From Moniliella sp. 'wahieum' (Eukaryota): a stretch of 64,000 nucleotides of DNA. Below are positions 10,040 through 24,300 of this stretch, piece by piece; position 1 is the stretch's first letter; the number at the start of each line of letters is the position of its first letter. The position numbers were made by a program, and so were the translations under genes. A model generated the notes under the pieces. That model saw nothing but the letters and a program-made list of their open reading frames with translations. It did not search any database and was not told the DNA's origin. The DNA is taken from positions 124,001 to 188,000 of the forward strand of contig RSEE01000104.1 of the NCBI GenBank assembly GCA_003971905.1, in the 5' to 3' direction.

Positions 10040-13000
10040 AATGGACGTGAACTAAGAGATAGTGATCGTCGACCACATCCTTTCACCTTTATCGGGGCCA
10101 CCTATAGTTATCGCCTTTGTATTTCCTACACAGGGTTCTCCAGATCTCATGTCCTGTCTCGACGAGCGCATATACATCGACCTCTCGTAATAGGATGGAG
10201 ATGAGGTCATGAAGAGACACAGCAAAACTAAAAAGTCTCGAGACTACAGCTACTAAGGGAAGTGGCTGTTTGGTTGGGCAGAGGCCTTTTAGTGGGGGTC
10301 CTCACAGTTTACATGTGATGTGCGAGGGATGGACAGGCTGCCAGACCTTAGATCTCGGAGCCAACATGACCTTCAAGCGCTTCAAAGGGAAACGATATAG
10401 CGCACCGGCACCGTCTTCGTTGAGTGTTTGTTGGTCAGTAACACGATCTCCCCAAGCACTGACCGCCGTGTGCAATAAGCTGAACGCTCACATACGCCTC
10501 CGATCGGTCAGATCGGTCATACTGCTCTTATGCCAAAAGGTGAGGAGACAATGTCGATATGATGCAGAGCCCCCACCACGCTTGTGTGGGGTTAAGCTCC
10601 AAGACGTTTGGGGGCGAGATGTCATGAGTTGGGTGATGGATGTCGATGATCTGAGCCCAGATCGCCCGATCCGGCAGGGCAGCAGTGCACTCTGGTCTCA
10701 TCAACTCGAGCGATCCCTTGCTAACTGACTATCCACTTTTGTCCATCGAACCGATTCTATTCTTCTCTTTCCACCATCGCGGTTCTAAGACTCTGGCCAC
10801 CGCTCTGGCAGTTCACACACGGGCTCTGAAGAAGACTCAGCAGGCTCATCAGCAGCTTTTAATCATTGAGAGTGCGCTGAGCTCAGAGCTCACAGCACTA
10901 GGCTCAGTCTAGCGAGCACGATACAATGACATCTGCGTCCCCAACACATGATCCACTGCATGTGCGTATAGATGGTTGTGGTTCGTTGGGATGGAGAGAA
11001 GTAGGTCGCATCAAGCCTCAGCGCACTCAGCATCAGTGTCACAAAATGGCACGAGGTCCGGCTCAGCGCTGAGGGTCAGTGCTCAGGCTCAGCGCTCATC
11101 ATGAGCGCTCATCGCTCCGAGCTCAGCTCGCTACCACCATATGAGTGTTCTTCTTATTGACTGCACTTCCTACTGACTGCACTTCCAAGTTCCAAGTGCA
11201 TAGAGTTGTCGGGGTTGGTCCACACCCCGGATTTGCATACCCAGCACACCGTGCTTTAGCGCGTATTGCGCTTAGCCTGAGCACTCAATAGCAGGCAAGT
11301 ATTCGTGAGGTACTTTCGGGCTGTGTGGGGTACAGGTAGTGGTGCGTGACCGGGGCACAGTGCATAACCAGCGAAGCTTTTGATGGGTGATGCGTGGCGT
11401 CACCTGGCGGCCTTACGCGGTCTGGTGAGGGCTCTGAGCCTTTTCTGAGGTCTGGGGACGCCTGAGTCGCGGGTGCGTCTGAACGTGAACGTTGAACGTT
11501 AACCTAAACTCTGATTGGATTGCTGTGGTCTAAGACCAAAGGATGCACTGATTGGATGAACTGCACTCACATTCTTAATGGCAACAATGACCCAAAATCT
11601 ACTACGAGAGAAGAGAAGCCCCAATCTGAGAATGTGGCAAGGTGTGCTCATACATGAGGTCATGACGGCCGCGATGAGGTCGTCGTGGCAACTCTCCAGC
11701 CCTATCACGTGTTATGCCGCTCATATAAGGCTATGCGGACTTCCCCACTTGGGCCCATATACCCTGTTTTGCACGTTTTGGAGACCCGTTCTAGTATCCC
11801 CCCCATTAACGTTTAACACCCTCTCGCGGTCATTTTGGCCGCATCAGGCAACAGGCCTCAGACTCAGACAGGCTTCAAGCTTCACACTCCGCCTCCGCGT
11901 TCTCACTGACATTGTTTAACGTTTAACTTAGCCCTCTTTTATGGAGACTCTCCGACAAGCCTTGCTGGTTACCGTTTAGCGCTTACCCCACATTTTGCTG
12001 TGATGTGGTTGTGGCCAATTATAGTGCGGCGGTGGCCGTACAGTTAAACTGTTCTACGTGTAACTAGTAACTATTAACTGCGCCACGCAATTGGGCTGCG
12101 TTCTTGTCCTGGCTGCCGGGTATGCCGGGTATGCCGGGTATATACTGGGCACCGCTACCCCGCATTTGGGTGGCCATATCCTATCCAATCGCAGTCAGTA
12201 CCTAGCACGACGGGTTCTTTCTACTCTACTTACTGCGGCGGGGGGATGGGGGCCCTGGTCACTGGGCACATGTCGGACCATGTCAACGTCAACGGAAACA
12301 GAATCGTCCCGCATCATGCATCGCACTGGATATCCTCCAACATGTAATCATGCAGTACCTGAGGCCTGACGCAAACGTGTCAGTTTCTCGACGTAGCACC
12401 TCGTAGGCCCCTGGCGAATCGCCTCTCCACCCCACTGAGTACTGCTGACCTTGAAGCTTGAAGCTTGACCGGTCCGGTGACCGGTGACCGGCCGTGGCAA
12501 GCCGCGGCTTTGGCGCAGGCACCTCAGACACTGGAGAGTTGGACGTTAGGTGGTTGGGGGCTGGAGGGCGGTGTGGGGTTTAGAAGCGGGCACCAGGGTC
12601 TGTTGGTTCGGGACCTGCATATCGTGTCGAACGTCCACATGCCTCCACAGCGCCCTCCAGCACCTAGCTTGCGTTGCCACCCCCCCACCCGCCACGCGCC
12701 ACCCGCCACTCGCCATTCGTACCGTGTATGGCGAAGGTGATGCCACGGCCACACCAGTAGCTTGCAGTACCTTGTATCGTACCGGGTACCTTTCTCCGTT
12801 TTACTCGCCCCAGGCTGCGCCGGGCTGAGCTAGCGCGGAGCTCAGCTCAGGCTGAGCGCTCAGGCTGAGCCCCAGCTGACCCGCCCCACCCCACAAGCAC
12901 GTGTTGCGATGGATGGGCAGGCTTGGCCTACGGCTTACGCGTGGAGGAGATGACAGCATGATGACAGCACTGCGTCTGGCGCAACACTTGCGCTGATGGA

Positions 13001-15159
13001 AGCTGGGACACCGATGTGCAGCCACGTGTGGCAGCAGCGTCGTAGTGGACCAACCACATCCCCTGCACCCTGGCGCCAGTCTCTGCCAGCCTGAAGCTTC
13101 AAGCTTCAACGATTGAGCGCTCAGACTGAGCACGGCGCACTACACTGGGTCGAGATTGGGATGCAGCTCGAAGTGATGGTGAGATCTGCCATCTGTCCAT
13201 GTCATCTGCCATCTGACGCGCGTATGGCGCGTAAGCGGGACAGCGGGGCGGGGGTTCTGATCGAACTGATCCGAGTAACGCGCAACGCCTGCGAGCATCA
13301 GGCGTTGTTTGGTGCGTGCCATCATGCAACACGTGTCATGCATGTCACGTGTTTCCATGTCATGCATGGCGTCGCATGCTTGATCGATGATCAGCGATCA
13401 TGCATCGTCCTCACACGTCACGCATCACACGTTACAGAACATCTCGATCAGCGATCGATCACTAACACTAAGGTACTAAGTACGAACTGGTTAGGGTTAT
13501 CGATCATCATGCATCATGCATCATGCATCATGTCGGTCTGAATAGGGTTTGCCCTGGTCGGTAACCAGGTAATGTGTAACCTTCTGTAGCCTGTAACATG
13601 CAACTCTGGTTAAGAAAAGAAAGCCACCGACTCAGATGGACCCCGCCGCCCACTGGCTTGCATCTTTTGGCCAAGCCAGGTCCCTGTGAACCACACCAAA
13701 GTCGCGCAACACGCATGACGATCTCCTTCTGCCCCCCATCCATCCTCCCACTCTCCTCACAACTACTGCACCCACTTTCCCCCTGTAATCAATAATTGCT
13801 CAAACAAAATAGTGTTTAGCCGACCCTCTCCGGTCAAAGGGTCAAGCTTCCAACCTCATAGACCAGTGGTAGCCATCAACGGTCAAAACGGTCACCTCTC
13901 TCTATACGCACCAAAAAGTCTGCCCCCAATACCAGATCTCAGTCCCCGATCACCAGTCACCGCGATGGATCGGCCCTGAATGAGCCTCGTTTGACCTTGC
14001 GCCAGCTTGCAGCAACTGAGATCAATGAGATCTGCGATTCTGAGAGCCCTGGAGCCGATGCCTGCCAAAAAAGCTTACCCTAAGAGACGGTGCAATCCAT
14101 CTTCATGATCCGTTCAACGTTGAGTTCAACGTTCATGCCACCTGGTGAAGGTAAGAGGCTGTGTTTAACGTGTAACCACCACACATCAGTACATCAGTCA
14201 AGCCAAAAAAGAACAGAAGAAGCTCAGGCGGAGGCTGCCACCGAACACGCGATGGATCGACACCGGATACGTTTGATGGTGGCACTGAGTACTGAGACTG
14301 AGTACTGATGCTGAGCGCGATGGGACCACTTAATTAGGCACGCTTTTGAGCGACAGGGCGTATGGGTTGAGGTGTCGCCAAGCCAAGCAGGACACAGAAA
14401 ACTATTATACAACCGTGACAAAAGCACTCTGACGCGAGGTGGGATCTGAGATCTGAGAGAGCAGGTGAGTGTGCAGCCCAACCCCCGACTGCTCTGGGGA
14501 TTCTATGGCCTGAGGCCTGAGGCTCAGACCTGAGGGTGAAACACTGCTGCTCCGCGGAGACGATCGTATGATGGGTGCACGGTCCCGCCCGCGTGGTCTG
14601 TGCGTGTCTGTACTCAAAAGTATTGAACCCCCAAAGAGATTCTTGATGAAATCATCTCGAGGACGATGGTCGAGAAAGGCAGAGTGTCTCGTGTTTCGAC
14701 CATCGATCATTTGTGGTATGCATATGATGAGAACCCACGAAACATATGCTCTACGGGACATCCAGCCGAGAGAGGGCTACGAGGCCTCCGGCGATCTGAC
14801 GCGGACGTCGCCTCTGAGATCTGTTGAGATCTGAGGGTCTGAAATCGAGCCGGGGAGAAACTTTTGGAGGATCTCTTACTCGCTCCGATCCTGGGCGCGC
14901 ATCACATGCTCACATGACTTGCACGAGAGTGCTTGCATGAGCATGATTGATGGGCAACGTATGGCGTGGCATACGCATCAACGACGCCACAACCTAATAG
15001 AGGTAAATGGGCTTGTCTTATCTGCCCGCATCATCATCGTCATATCAGGACACCTAAGTTGGTGATCGGCCCGTCCGGTGATCGATCTTCCACGACGGAG
15101 CACCGGGACCCAGCCATGCCTGCCGCGGTTCGATGGCGGTATTGAACTTGAAGCTTAGG

Positions 15160-15198
15160 TTGAAGCTTGAAGCTTGAAGCTTGAAGCTTGAAGCTTGA
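15160..15198. repeat. (TTGAAGC)n heptamer tandem repeat, ~5.5 copies
   Basis: ttgaagc x5 + ttga; shorter copies at ~12451, ~13092, ~16001 and inverted at ~39264. Confidence 0.9.
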
Positions 15199-18068
15199 CC
15201 GGCTGGGAGCACAGAGGTATTAACTGAGGCCCGAGGTCAGCCAGGTCGTCTCAGTACCCGACCGTAGTAGTGGTAGGCGGAGCATCGACCTGGCACATGT
15301 CACGTACATCCACATGCGACAGTACAGTTTGTGCATTGCGGCCGATGATGGTTCGGGGAGAGCAAAGGTTACCGATTTTGATTATCGCGTTACGTGTTAC
15401 ATGTTACGATTGAATTATTGCATGGCGAACGAACGGAAAGCTTAAAAGAGATCGTTGTCATTTAATCCACCAGGCGTTTGCGATCGAGGTCCGAGAGCCC
15501 GACGCCCTGCCGTCAAGCTATGCTCTCTACGAAGAACCAACACGCTGGAGTGCTTGGTGCTTGACAAGAGGCTTGACACACTTGACAGTTGCGAGGCAGC
15601 TGAAAGCAAACCCACAACGCGTAACGCTAGCAACATATACGCTCAGCGCTCAACGTCTTTTAACGTAACGATAGAAAGAGAGGCTATACCGCTAAAAGGT
15701 ATCTAAGACGAGGCTATTCTCAACGCTCAGCTCAGCGCGCTCCGCTCAGCCTGAGCGCTCATCGACAGGACCACACTTGAGTCGGTGTTGCATATGTTGC
15801 CCATCGAGAGTAGAAGCAGAGGTAACCTTGGACCAAAATAGTCAGGCCGACCTTCATTCCGAGAGCCTCTTAAGTCTCGATCACGCCAGCAATGACAGCC
15901 ACGCGCCACGAGCGCGTCAGCACGATCGGAACCTTGGGATGCCTATATCTGCATCCCGGCCACATTAGGCCGTAAGGATGACTCCGACGACTCGGCCGGA
16001 TTGAAGCTTGAAGAGATGGTGAGAGGGTATCATTCACAACTCAGACTGAGTTCAGTATACTGAGTCGGAAGGCCTAAGGAACAATGGCGCTTATGCGCTT
16101 ATGCGCTTACACCCGGTCACATGCTCCAAGCGACGCAGGTGGCAGCACGGCGCCCTCGGGCCCAGTTGGTTCGTCCCAACGTGCTTGGCGCGTAGCGTGT
16201 GCCAGCCGATCGCCACGCCGCTCGAGTCGGCCAAGTTGATGCCTGGGATGCCTGAGGCTCAGGGGCCAAACGTCTGATGTCTGACTGGTCAACGGGGCCA
16301 GCGTGGGGGCCCAATCATTCATCACGCGGGCGTCGGCGCGCCACCATGCACCATGCCACCCCTATGGGCGCAAGACGGGGCTGCTGCGCTGGCGACGGTC
16401 GAGGTTCGACAGTGGTGCGTCACGTGTCACGCATCGCACGCCACTATAGCCACTACCTAGTCACCAGTCACGCGCCCCTCGGCCGCGTTTGACGTTTTGG
16501 GGCGGTCGAGGGTGCCAGAGCAGGAGGAACGGGGGGTGATCGATGATCGATGATCGATGATCGAGGGTAGCATAGCACCAGTAGGATGCGAGGGGGCGGG
16601 GGGCACAGGACCAGTGGTCTGGTCAGGTCATGCATCAGTGCTCAGTCATCGATGGTTGGGCCCCGGTGCTCGATCGCCGGGCCATCGGATGGGATGCGCC
16701 CAGTCGCACGCGGCAGGGTGTGGGGATGTGCCTGCCAGGACCTGTGCGGCGCAATGCGGCCCCCACGACTCACCCACTGCGACCTGCACCATGCGTCATG
16801 CATCGTCACGCGCCCCGCCCGTCTTACCCGTGTCACCCTACGCCACTCACTCGTGATTTAGATGGTCGATGGGCTGTAGCAGGGCAAGCCACTGGCCCCC
16901 GCCCTGGTTGGGCCGAGGGCAGCCCACCTCCGCACCCGCCTCGATCTGGAGCTTGCTTCTTGCCGCTGGATCTGTTCATTGCGTCCATGCCCCATCCTCG
17001 CCTTCCATCCACACGACATTGATGGGGTGTTCTGCGCCGCCCCAGGCAAGTATCGTGCAAGCAGTGCATGCATGTGGGGGAGGGGCGGGGAGGCGGGGGC
17101 CATACTGACTCATGCTTCCAAGCTGCAACCAGCACGAGGCATGTCATACGTCATGCCTCATGTTGGCCGAGTGCCTACTGCGCAAAGCGTTCCGTTGAAC
17201 TTCAAACGTCGAACGGCGCAGGTTCAACGTGTTCATCGTTCAGTATTCCTGCGTAGGGTGGGTCCAGGAGGTTCAGTACGATCCGCACTACGGTCCGTGT
17301 TCGTTCAGTCCAAGGCGACCCTTGGGCCGGGTGGAGAGGCGCTATAGCCGGGTTGCTGGGGCAGAGTGGCCACCCGGCCGGCTGGGCTTATAGAGCGCTT
17401 ATAGGCGTAGTGTGCGTCCTATGGCCGAAGGCCTAATACCGCTCTCGTTGGCAAGTATCGTTTAGACCCGGGGAGCTGGCCTACTGACCAAGTTTGCTCG
17501 GTAGATGCCTCAGGGCCTCAGGTGCAGCACCCAAAGTACGCAGCGGCATCCAGCGCGCTCAGGCTGAGCTCAGCGGACGCCGGCTGAACTTTATCACGAT
17601 CAGACGTTCGGATCCAGACAGGGCACCACTATCGCATCGTGATGAGCACACTGCGGACTGCGCCTGAGGCGTGAGCGGAGTGCTGAGGCGCTGAGGTATT
17701 AGGCTGAGGCGCTGAGCGCTAGGCTAAGACAGACTGACGCTGCTGAGGCGCTGAGGCAGTTGAACGTTGACGCCTCGGCTGCTCAGGCTGAGCGCTGAGC
17801 GCTGATGCCCTGGTGGTACTGAGTACTGATGGCTGGTGGGAGGCGGTGCGCGCCATGCCTGATGGGGCAATGTGCCGACCTGGTCAGATGGGGATCGAGG
17901 ATCGATGAGCGCACGCGGTGGTAGTGAGCAACTACCGTGTGTTGGTGGGGGCTCGATGGCCGATGGCGCTGGGATGTCACACATGGGCCATCAGCATCCG
18001 CATCACCCACTGCGGCCATCGCCGCGAATCCTTCAGCGCATCACCAAACACGGGTCACGAATGATTTC

Positions 18069-18128
18069 ATCACCAATCGTTAATCACCAATCACCAATCA
18101 CCAATCACCAATCCTGAATCACCAATCG
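18069..18128 (+). repeat. (AATCACC)n repeat forming tandem CCAAT boxes upstream of the kinase gene
   Basis: atcaccaatcgttaatcaccaatcaccaatcaccaatcaccaatcctgaatcaccaatc; TATAAA at 18530-18535 downstream. Confidence 0.75.
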
Positions 18129-18991
18129 AGCCGGTTGGGCTGGTTGGGCCCCCACGGGCGGGCTGCTGCCTGCCCCCCAGGCGCTCAGCACCAGAGCTGT
18201 GCTGGGCCAGGCTGCCTATGGCCGTCGCTCGCCTCCTATATCTAACCCCCGCCGATCCCCGCCCCCCCGGCCGCTGCGATCAGACGATCCGCTCCTGCCT
18301 TCGTCCCTCCACCGTCGATGGCCCGCTGAGCGCTGCGTCTGCCCTCCTCTCCGCTCCTCTCCGCTCCTCTCCGCTCCTCTCCTTTCGGCCGCATCCGTCT
18401 GCTCCGTCGTCTTCTGTCGGCCGCATCCGTCTGCTCTCCGCCGCCTCCCGCCCTCTCTCTCCCCCGCTCGGCCAGCATCGTCATCACGTCTCCAGCCCAC
18501 CCACCATCCGTGCCGTGCGCTCCCACCCTTATAAACACCCCTCGCCATCCCCATCCCTTCCATCCCAGACGCTGCCCCTCTTCCTCAGCCGCTCTGGATC
18601 TGCCCCTGCCCCCGACCTGCTGCTTGCCTGCCTTCCTTCAGCTGTGCTCGCCCATCGCCCTCCTGCCAGCAATAGCCACCCCCACCGCCATCAGAGCTGC
18701 GTGCCCACCACCCTCACCACCGTCGGCACCATTTCTCCTGCTCTGCCCCCCCCCCCCCCCACCGTCCTCAGCGCCCCACTGCTCCCTCCCTTGGTCTAGG
18801 CGCTTACACTCGACCGCCCTCCTTGCCCCACCCAATCCCACCCACTTCTACTCCTTCTCTCCCCGCCCCTATCTGTACGTCCGTCGCCCCATCCTCCATC
18901 GCGCACCACCCCCCACCTGTCTCCTCCAGGCTCCTCCTCTCCTCTTCCCCCGCCGCACAACTAACTCACCCCCCTTGATTTGCAGGCTACC

Positions 18992-21388
18992 ATGGGCGGC
19001 AAGACACAACTTCACAACGACCTTATCGGTAAGCGCATTGCCGGTGGCCGACTCGAGTTGGTCTCCATCCTGGGCCTTGGCGCCTACGGCGTGGTCTACC
19101 TTGCGCGGGACCTGCACCACCCGCTCCACTCGTCCCAGCAGCCGTGGGAAAGTACGAGCAGCGGCCAAGGCCGTGGACCGAATGGCGACGCCAGTGTCAC
19201 GGGTCTGTATGCTGTCAAGTGCCTTCACCGTGCGGGGCTCGATGCGCGGCAACAGTTGTTCCAAGAACGCGAGATTGCCCTGCACAGCATGGCTAGTGCC
19301 CACCCGGGCGTCGTGACTCTCTACCAAGTCCTGCAGGACTCGACTTGCATTTACGTTGTCCTGGACTATGTCCGGACGGGGACCTGTTTGCGATGATCAC
19401 CGAGGCCCAGCGCTACGCCGTGCCAAGTCGTCTGGACCCGTCGGCCGACGCGAACCATATCATGTCGCGTTACGTGGTGGAGGACGAAGAGCACTGGTGT
19501 GCGCGTGCAGCGATGGACCGGACCATCAAAGATGTCTTTCTTCAAATTGTCGATGCCGTGCACTGCTGCCATCAACTGGGCATTTACCACCGCGACCTCA
19601 AGCCCGAGAACATTCTCTGCTTGGACGAAGGGGCCCGCGTGGTGCTGTCCGACTTTGGCCTGGCCACGCCCGACACGGAAAGTGGTGACTTCGGTTGCGG
19701 ATCCACCTTCTACATGGGCCCGAGTGCCAAGGCGGCATCATGTCCCGTCCGCTCACGTACAACACGGCAGCGAACGATGTGTGGAGCCTAGGTGTGATTC
19801 TGGTCAACTTGGTCTGTGGTCGTAACCCGTGGAAACAAGCATCGGCCAGCGACGAGACGTTCCGCGAGTACCTGCGCAACCCCAACTTTCTAGCTGACAT
19901 TCTGCCCATCTCGGACGAGCTCAACTCGATTCTCAAGCGCATCTTTTCTCCCTTTCCTGAAAAGCGCTGTCACCTGGCCGACTTGGCCAGCATGATCAGC
20001 GAGTGCGACCAGTTGACCGCCACCAATGCCGATCTGCGGCGGAGACAGGAGGCTGTGCTGTGTCGCATGCCCAAGCGCAAGCTGCTGCCGCAGCACGAGC
20101 GGCGCGCGATGCGGCCGCCGCATCGGCCGTGCCGCGCGGGATGCAGCAGCAGCCGTCGAAGCTAACAAGAGTTTGCTCTTGCCCCCTACGGACGTGTCTA
20201 CGTTACGTCCGCTCCAACAACCCTTCACGTCTCGTGCGCCACGGACTGTTGGCTACGCCACGGACGCTGTGTCTTTAAATACGCCTCTCCGTCTGCGTCT
20301 CCTTCTGCCTCTCGGTCTCTTCTCCCTCTACCTCTTACTCGGCCCCGCGTCGACCCAGCATCAAACACTACAAGGCGCGCTCGCTCGGCCACGCGTCCAA
20401 GCCCGACGGACTGCATCGGCTGTTTGCTGCACAACAGCCATTGCCGCCTTTGGTGCCTGGGCACAAGAGCCATGCACGCCACTCTTCTCTCTCCACGCCG
20501 GCAGGAACGTTACGTGGCCCCCCGCGGAGCTGGGAATGCCCTTCTGCCTTTCGCCCATCGACACGGACACGTACCGTTCCTCCCCTCGCTCGGCCCCAAC
20601 TAGCTTGCCCAGTTGTCCATTGCAAGGAGGAAGTGGGCAAAGTACCGTCCGTGGCTACTGTCACTCCGACCTCGCCCACCCCCACCCCCCCGTACGCCCA
20701 TCAGCTACCGCCCACGCCCAGCGCAAACCAGCCGACCCACCGGACCCAACTCCCTGTCCACCACCAGGCACCGGCGTGTCCACCAGCTCATCCTCCGTCT
20801 CGTCCGCACTTGCCCACCTACCCCGCGCGCACCCGGAACGGGCCCCAGCACCGGGTTCGTCCCCCCGGCGCATGCGTTTCGGGCACATCGGGGTCGGTCG
20901 CGGTGGTGCCTGGGCCTCCGGCCAGACGAGCGTCCGGCATGGCGGCTCTAACGCGCATGGTGCAACAAGGTAAAAATGCCGTGCCGTCGCTCCTTGCACT
21001 CAACCCGTTCCCGCAACGTGCGCGTGCCTCACTGCGTACCGGCATGCGGGACGTGTCTGCCGCAACTGCAACCGCAGCTCCTGCTTCTGCTACAGCTGTG
21101 TGCGTGGTGGCCCATGCCAATGTCCATGCCGATGCCAATGCCAATGCGAATGGACATACGCTTTGTGGTTCGGACGGACCGGGGGAGCAGGACGAGATAC
21201 TGGTGCCACCTAGGTTAGCTGGATCGTACGCGGCCAGTTCAGCGTCGGAGATTAGCACGGACGAAGAAGACTGTTGGTCGCCACGGCTGCTATCGCCGAC
21301 GTATGCCACTCCGCCTGTGCCTACCGAGGGGATCGGGGTGCTGAGCGGATCGAGGACGGCGAGGGCGAGGCCGAGGGAATGGGCCTAG
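18992..21388 (+). CDS. ran1: Ran1/Pat1-like (Sks1/Vhs1 family) Ser/Thr protein kinase; frameshifted; 5'-UTR intron 18875-18985
   Basis: [97 protein letters not shown]; low-complexity C-terminus, end approximate. Confidence 0.88.
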
Positions 21389-24300
21389 GTTTGGGCTTGG
21401 GTCTGGGTTTGGGAAAGCACCATCCGTTCCCTCGATCGCCGTACATCACGACTACCCCTCGGCGTTTGAGCGCTACGCCGCGGACGTGGTGCTCGATCCT
21501 GAACGCGCGTTTAGGTTTAGTCCGTCCGCGTGGCGTCTGCGTACGACAGGATTGGATTGCACTGCACTGCGCTGCGCTGCGTCGGCCACGCTTTGCCACG
21601 CTTGCCATGCTTGCCACGCTTTGCTGGGGTGGGTGGTAGTGATGATGGCCACTTTGCCTGCCCAGCTACAATCAGTAGCTGGGGCACCATGCACCATGCA
21701 TCATCATATGCACGTGATGCGTTTTGTTTTATTCGCCGTTGATTGTTTTACGACCACTGCATGAACTAAGGATGACATGCCCCCCCCTCTCTTCTGCTTC
21801 TGCCTCTGCTTCGGCTGTGCTTCTGCTTCTTTCTCTCTCTCTCCTTTTGTTCGAATTCCCGCCGGGGCGCTGCTCGCCCCCCGCCTTCTTTGTCAATAGT
21901 CCCTTGCCCGCGTTTCTCCGTTCTTACGGCGTAGGAAAACGGAGAGTGAGGAGTGGGGGTGGTGGCTTGCCCCGGCGGCCTCTGTGTACATTACCCCCTT
22001 GGCTCCACTCAGTTGCGCTACTGCCAGGTGAAACTGGAGTGTCCGTGCTGTGTCCTGTGTCTGTTGTTGATGTTTAGGCCTTAGGCTTGGTACTTATCCT
22101 TATCAATGGCTGTACAAATCCCACCTCTCGTACCGTACGTTTGTCCGCAGTACTAAGGTTTAGCTGAACGCTGGAAGCTGGAACCTTGATCGATCATCTT
22201 CCTTCGAGTTGTTGGCCTGCCTCGCAGCGCGCTTACTAAATAGTCGTGGGAGTGTCTTCGTAGTCTTCGTACAACTACTAGTCAACACGTAGACGAGTGC
22301 TGGAGTTGAGTACGAGACGTATATGTGGTGAGAGGGAGGGGGTACTCCGTCTCCTCACGCGTCTCTTCACGGTTCTACTCACAATAAGGCACCAAGCTAA
22401 TCCATGCCGTGCCGTGCATGCCATACCACTCGGCGCCGCCTTGGACTGGTAGCTGGACGCTTGATCAACTTGATCCTGGATCTGTAGAATATCAGTCGCT
22501 ACCGAGCCAACTAATAACCCTTCGTCTCTCCTCCGCCGCCAGCCACCCTGCTTACCGTGACTAGCTGGTCGGATGCATCTGATGTTGGTGGGCGTGTACG
22601 TGTACGTGCTTTGCTTGGGGGGGAGCCTCACCGCGCTCACCAGCACCGGCACCGGCACCAGCACCAGGCTCAGGCCTTAGGCTCGTCAACAAAAGGGTAC
22701 ATAGGTTTCGCCATGCTACTACCGAGCACCTCAGACCTTAGTCGGATCTCAGACCTCATCTGCGCCTAGTACTATACCTGTGCCTTCCCCACTGGGTACT
22801 GGCATGCGACATGAGCATGGGCATGAGTGGCATGGGCCGCCAGAGGACGCTCGTCTACCTCCTGCCTGGTCCTGCCTGCGTCTACTACGGCCACGTGGGC
22901 GCGCGCAAACAGGTCGCTGTATACTTCTTCAGCGCGTTGCCTCGTCCATCAGGGCTCGTTGACTCGATCTTCATTCATCTTTTATCGTTGGGCCCGCCAC
23001 GCGGGGGTCTTGTTGCTTTTGCTGTGGCACTATAGCAAGTACGACCTTAGGCTTGATGGCCTGTGTTCCATATGATGGTACTTGGTACAGGGCGTCGTGC
23101 CGCGCCGCGCCGGGGGGCAGCCGGGGCAGCCGGGGGGCAGCCAGCCGAGCGGCCCAATCAGCACCCGATCGGGAATGGGGTCTGGCAGGATTATATACGT
23201 GGGGGGATCTTCGATCTGGCAGAAAGTGCGAGGCTGTGGGAGGACGTGGGAGGATCTTGATTTGCATGCCAGCAGGTTGGCAACGTCCACCCCCCCCCCC
23301 CCCCCCATCACGTTTTTGCTCTCTCCCTCGGCCCCACCGCCGCCCCACCACAACTAACTCCCAAGCCCTGCAACGTGCGCTGTCAGCTTCAAGATTCACA
23401 TCGACCGAAATCCGATTCCATGGGACCGTTTCAAGTGTAACAACAACACTACTATTACTACTAGAGTAGTACTATTAGTGCCTTCGCATGTTCTACGGTG
23501 TGTACCTACGGGGCGCCTCTCTCCCGCATCGACATCGACCCACCTCATATGTATACTTGCCCCCTGCCCGAGCATCGGTCGATCCCAGATCTGCATCCGC
23601 TTGCAGGCACCCTAGCGCACCCCTCCAATAGTGCCAGCTGTGCCCACACTATTTCTAGTACCACTGCGTACTGTCTGGACGATGGGACCCGGGGTGGGGT
23701 TACCGGTTACCGGTTACTACTAAGTAGTAGTTGCTAGTTACTAGGGTACCAGCTCTCTCCCTGTCCAGGGCGCTATCGCCCTACGACAGTAGCTCATCCT
23801 TCGATTCCATCCACAAACTGAGGAGGGAGCACTGAGCACTGAGGCCGGGGGTACCTGGCAACCCAATGCAACAGCCTACTAAGGCTTGTTGGCTCGTGCC
23901 GGTTCGGTCCAGATGCACTGCACGCGTCCGTGCGCTTATCTCTTCCCTCTCCTGCTCTTCCCTTTCCCCCGACGGGGCGCCGAGGCGGGCACGTTGGGCA
24001 CCTGTTTCCCAGCTTGCTCGATCGGGAAGTGCGCGCGCGGGAGACGGGGGGAGATGGGAGGCAGGGATGTGCCCCAGCCCCGGCCTGACCAGCGGGAGAA
24101 AGAAAGAGACCAAATGGAGTGGGAGGTGTAAGATCAAAGTGGCGTCCTGTCTATCGACAGATCTCAAGCCTGATCTCAGGCTCAGCCTGCCTCAGCTCGC
24201 GCCGATGTGCGAAGCTACGACAGTTGCCCTACGTCTTGACATGTTGTCCTGGTTCCTGGCTTTTTCTTTGGGTGTTGGGAATGATTGACTTGGGGTGAGG

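Noticed and set aside
10208..10240. Second pheromone-like ending (minus strand ...CVSS*)
   Set aside because: Atypical CaaX, an in-frame stop just upstream, and no convincing first exon.
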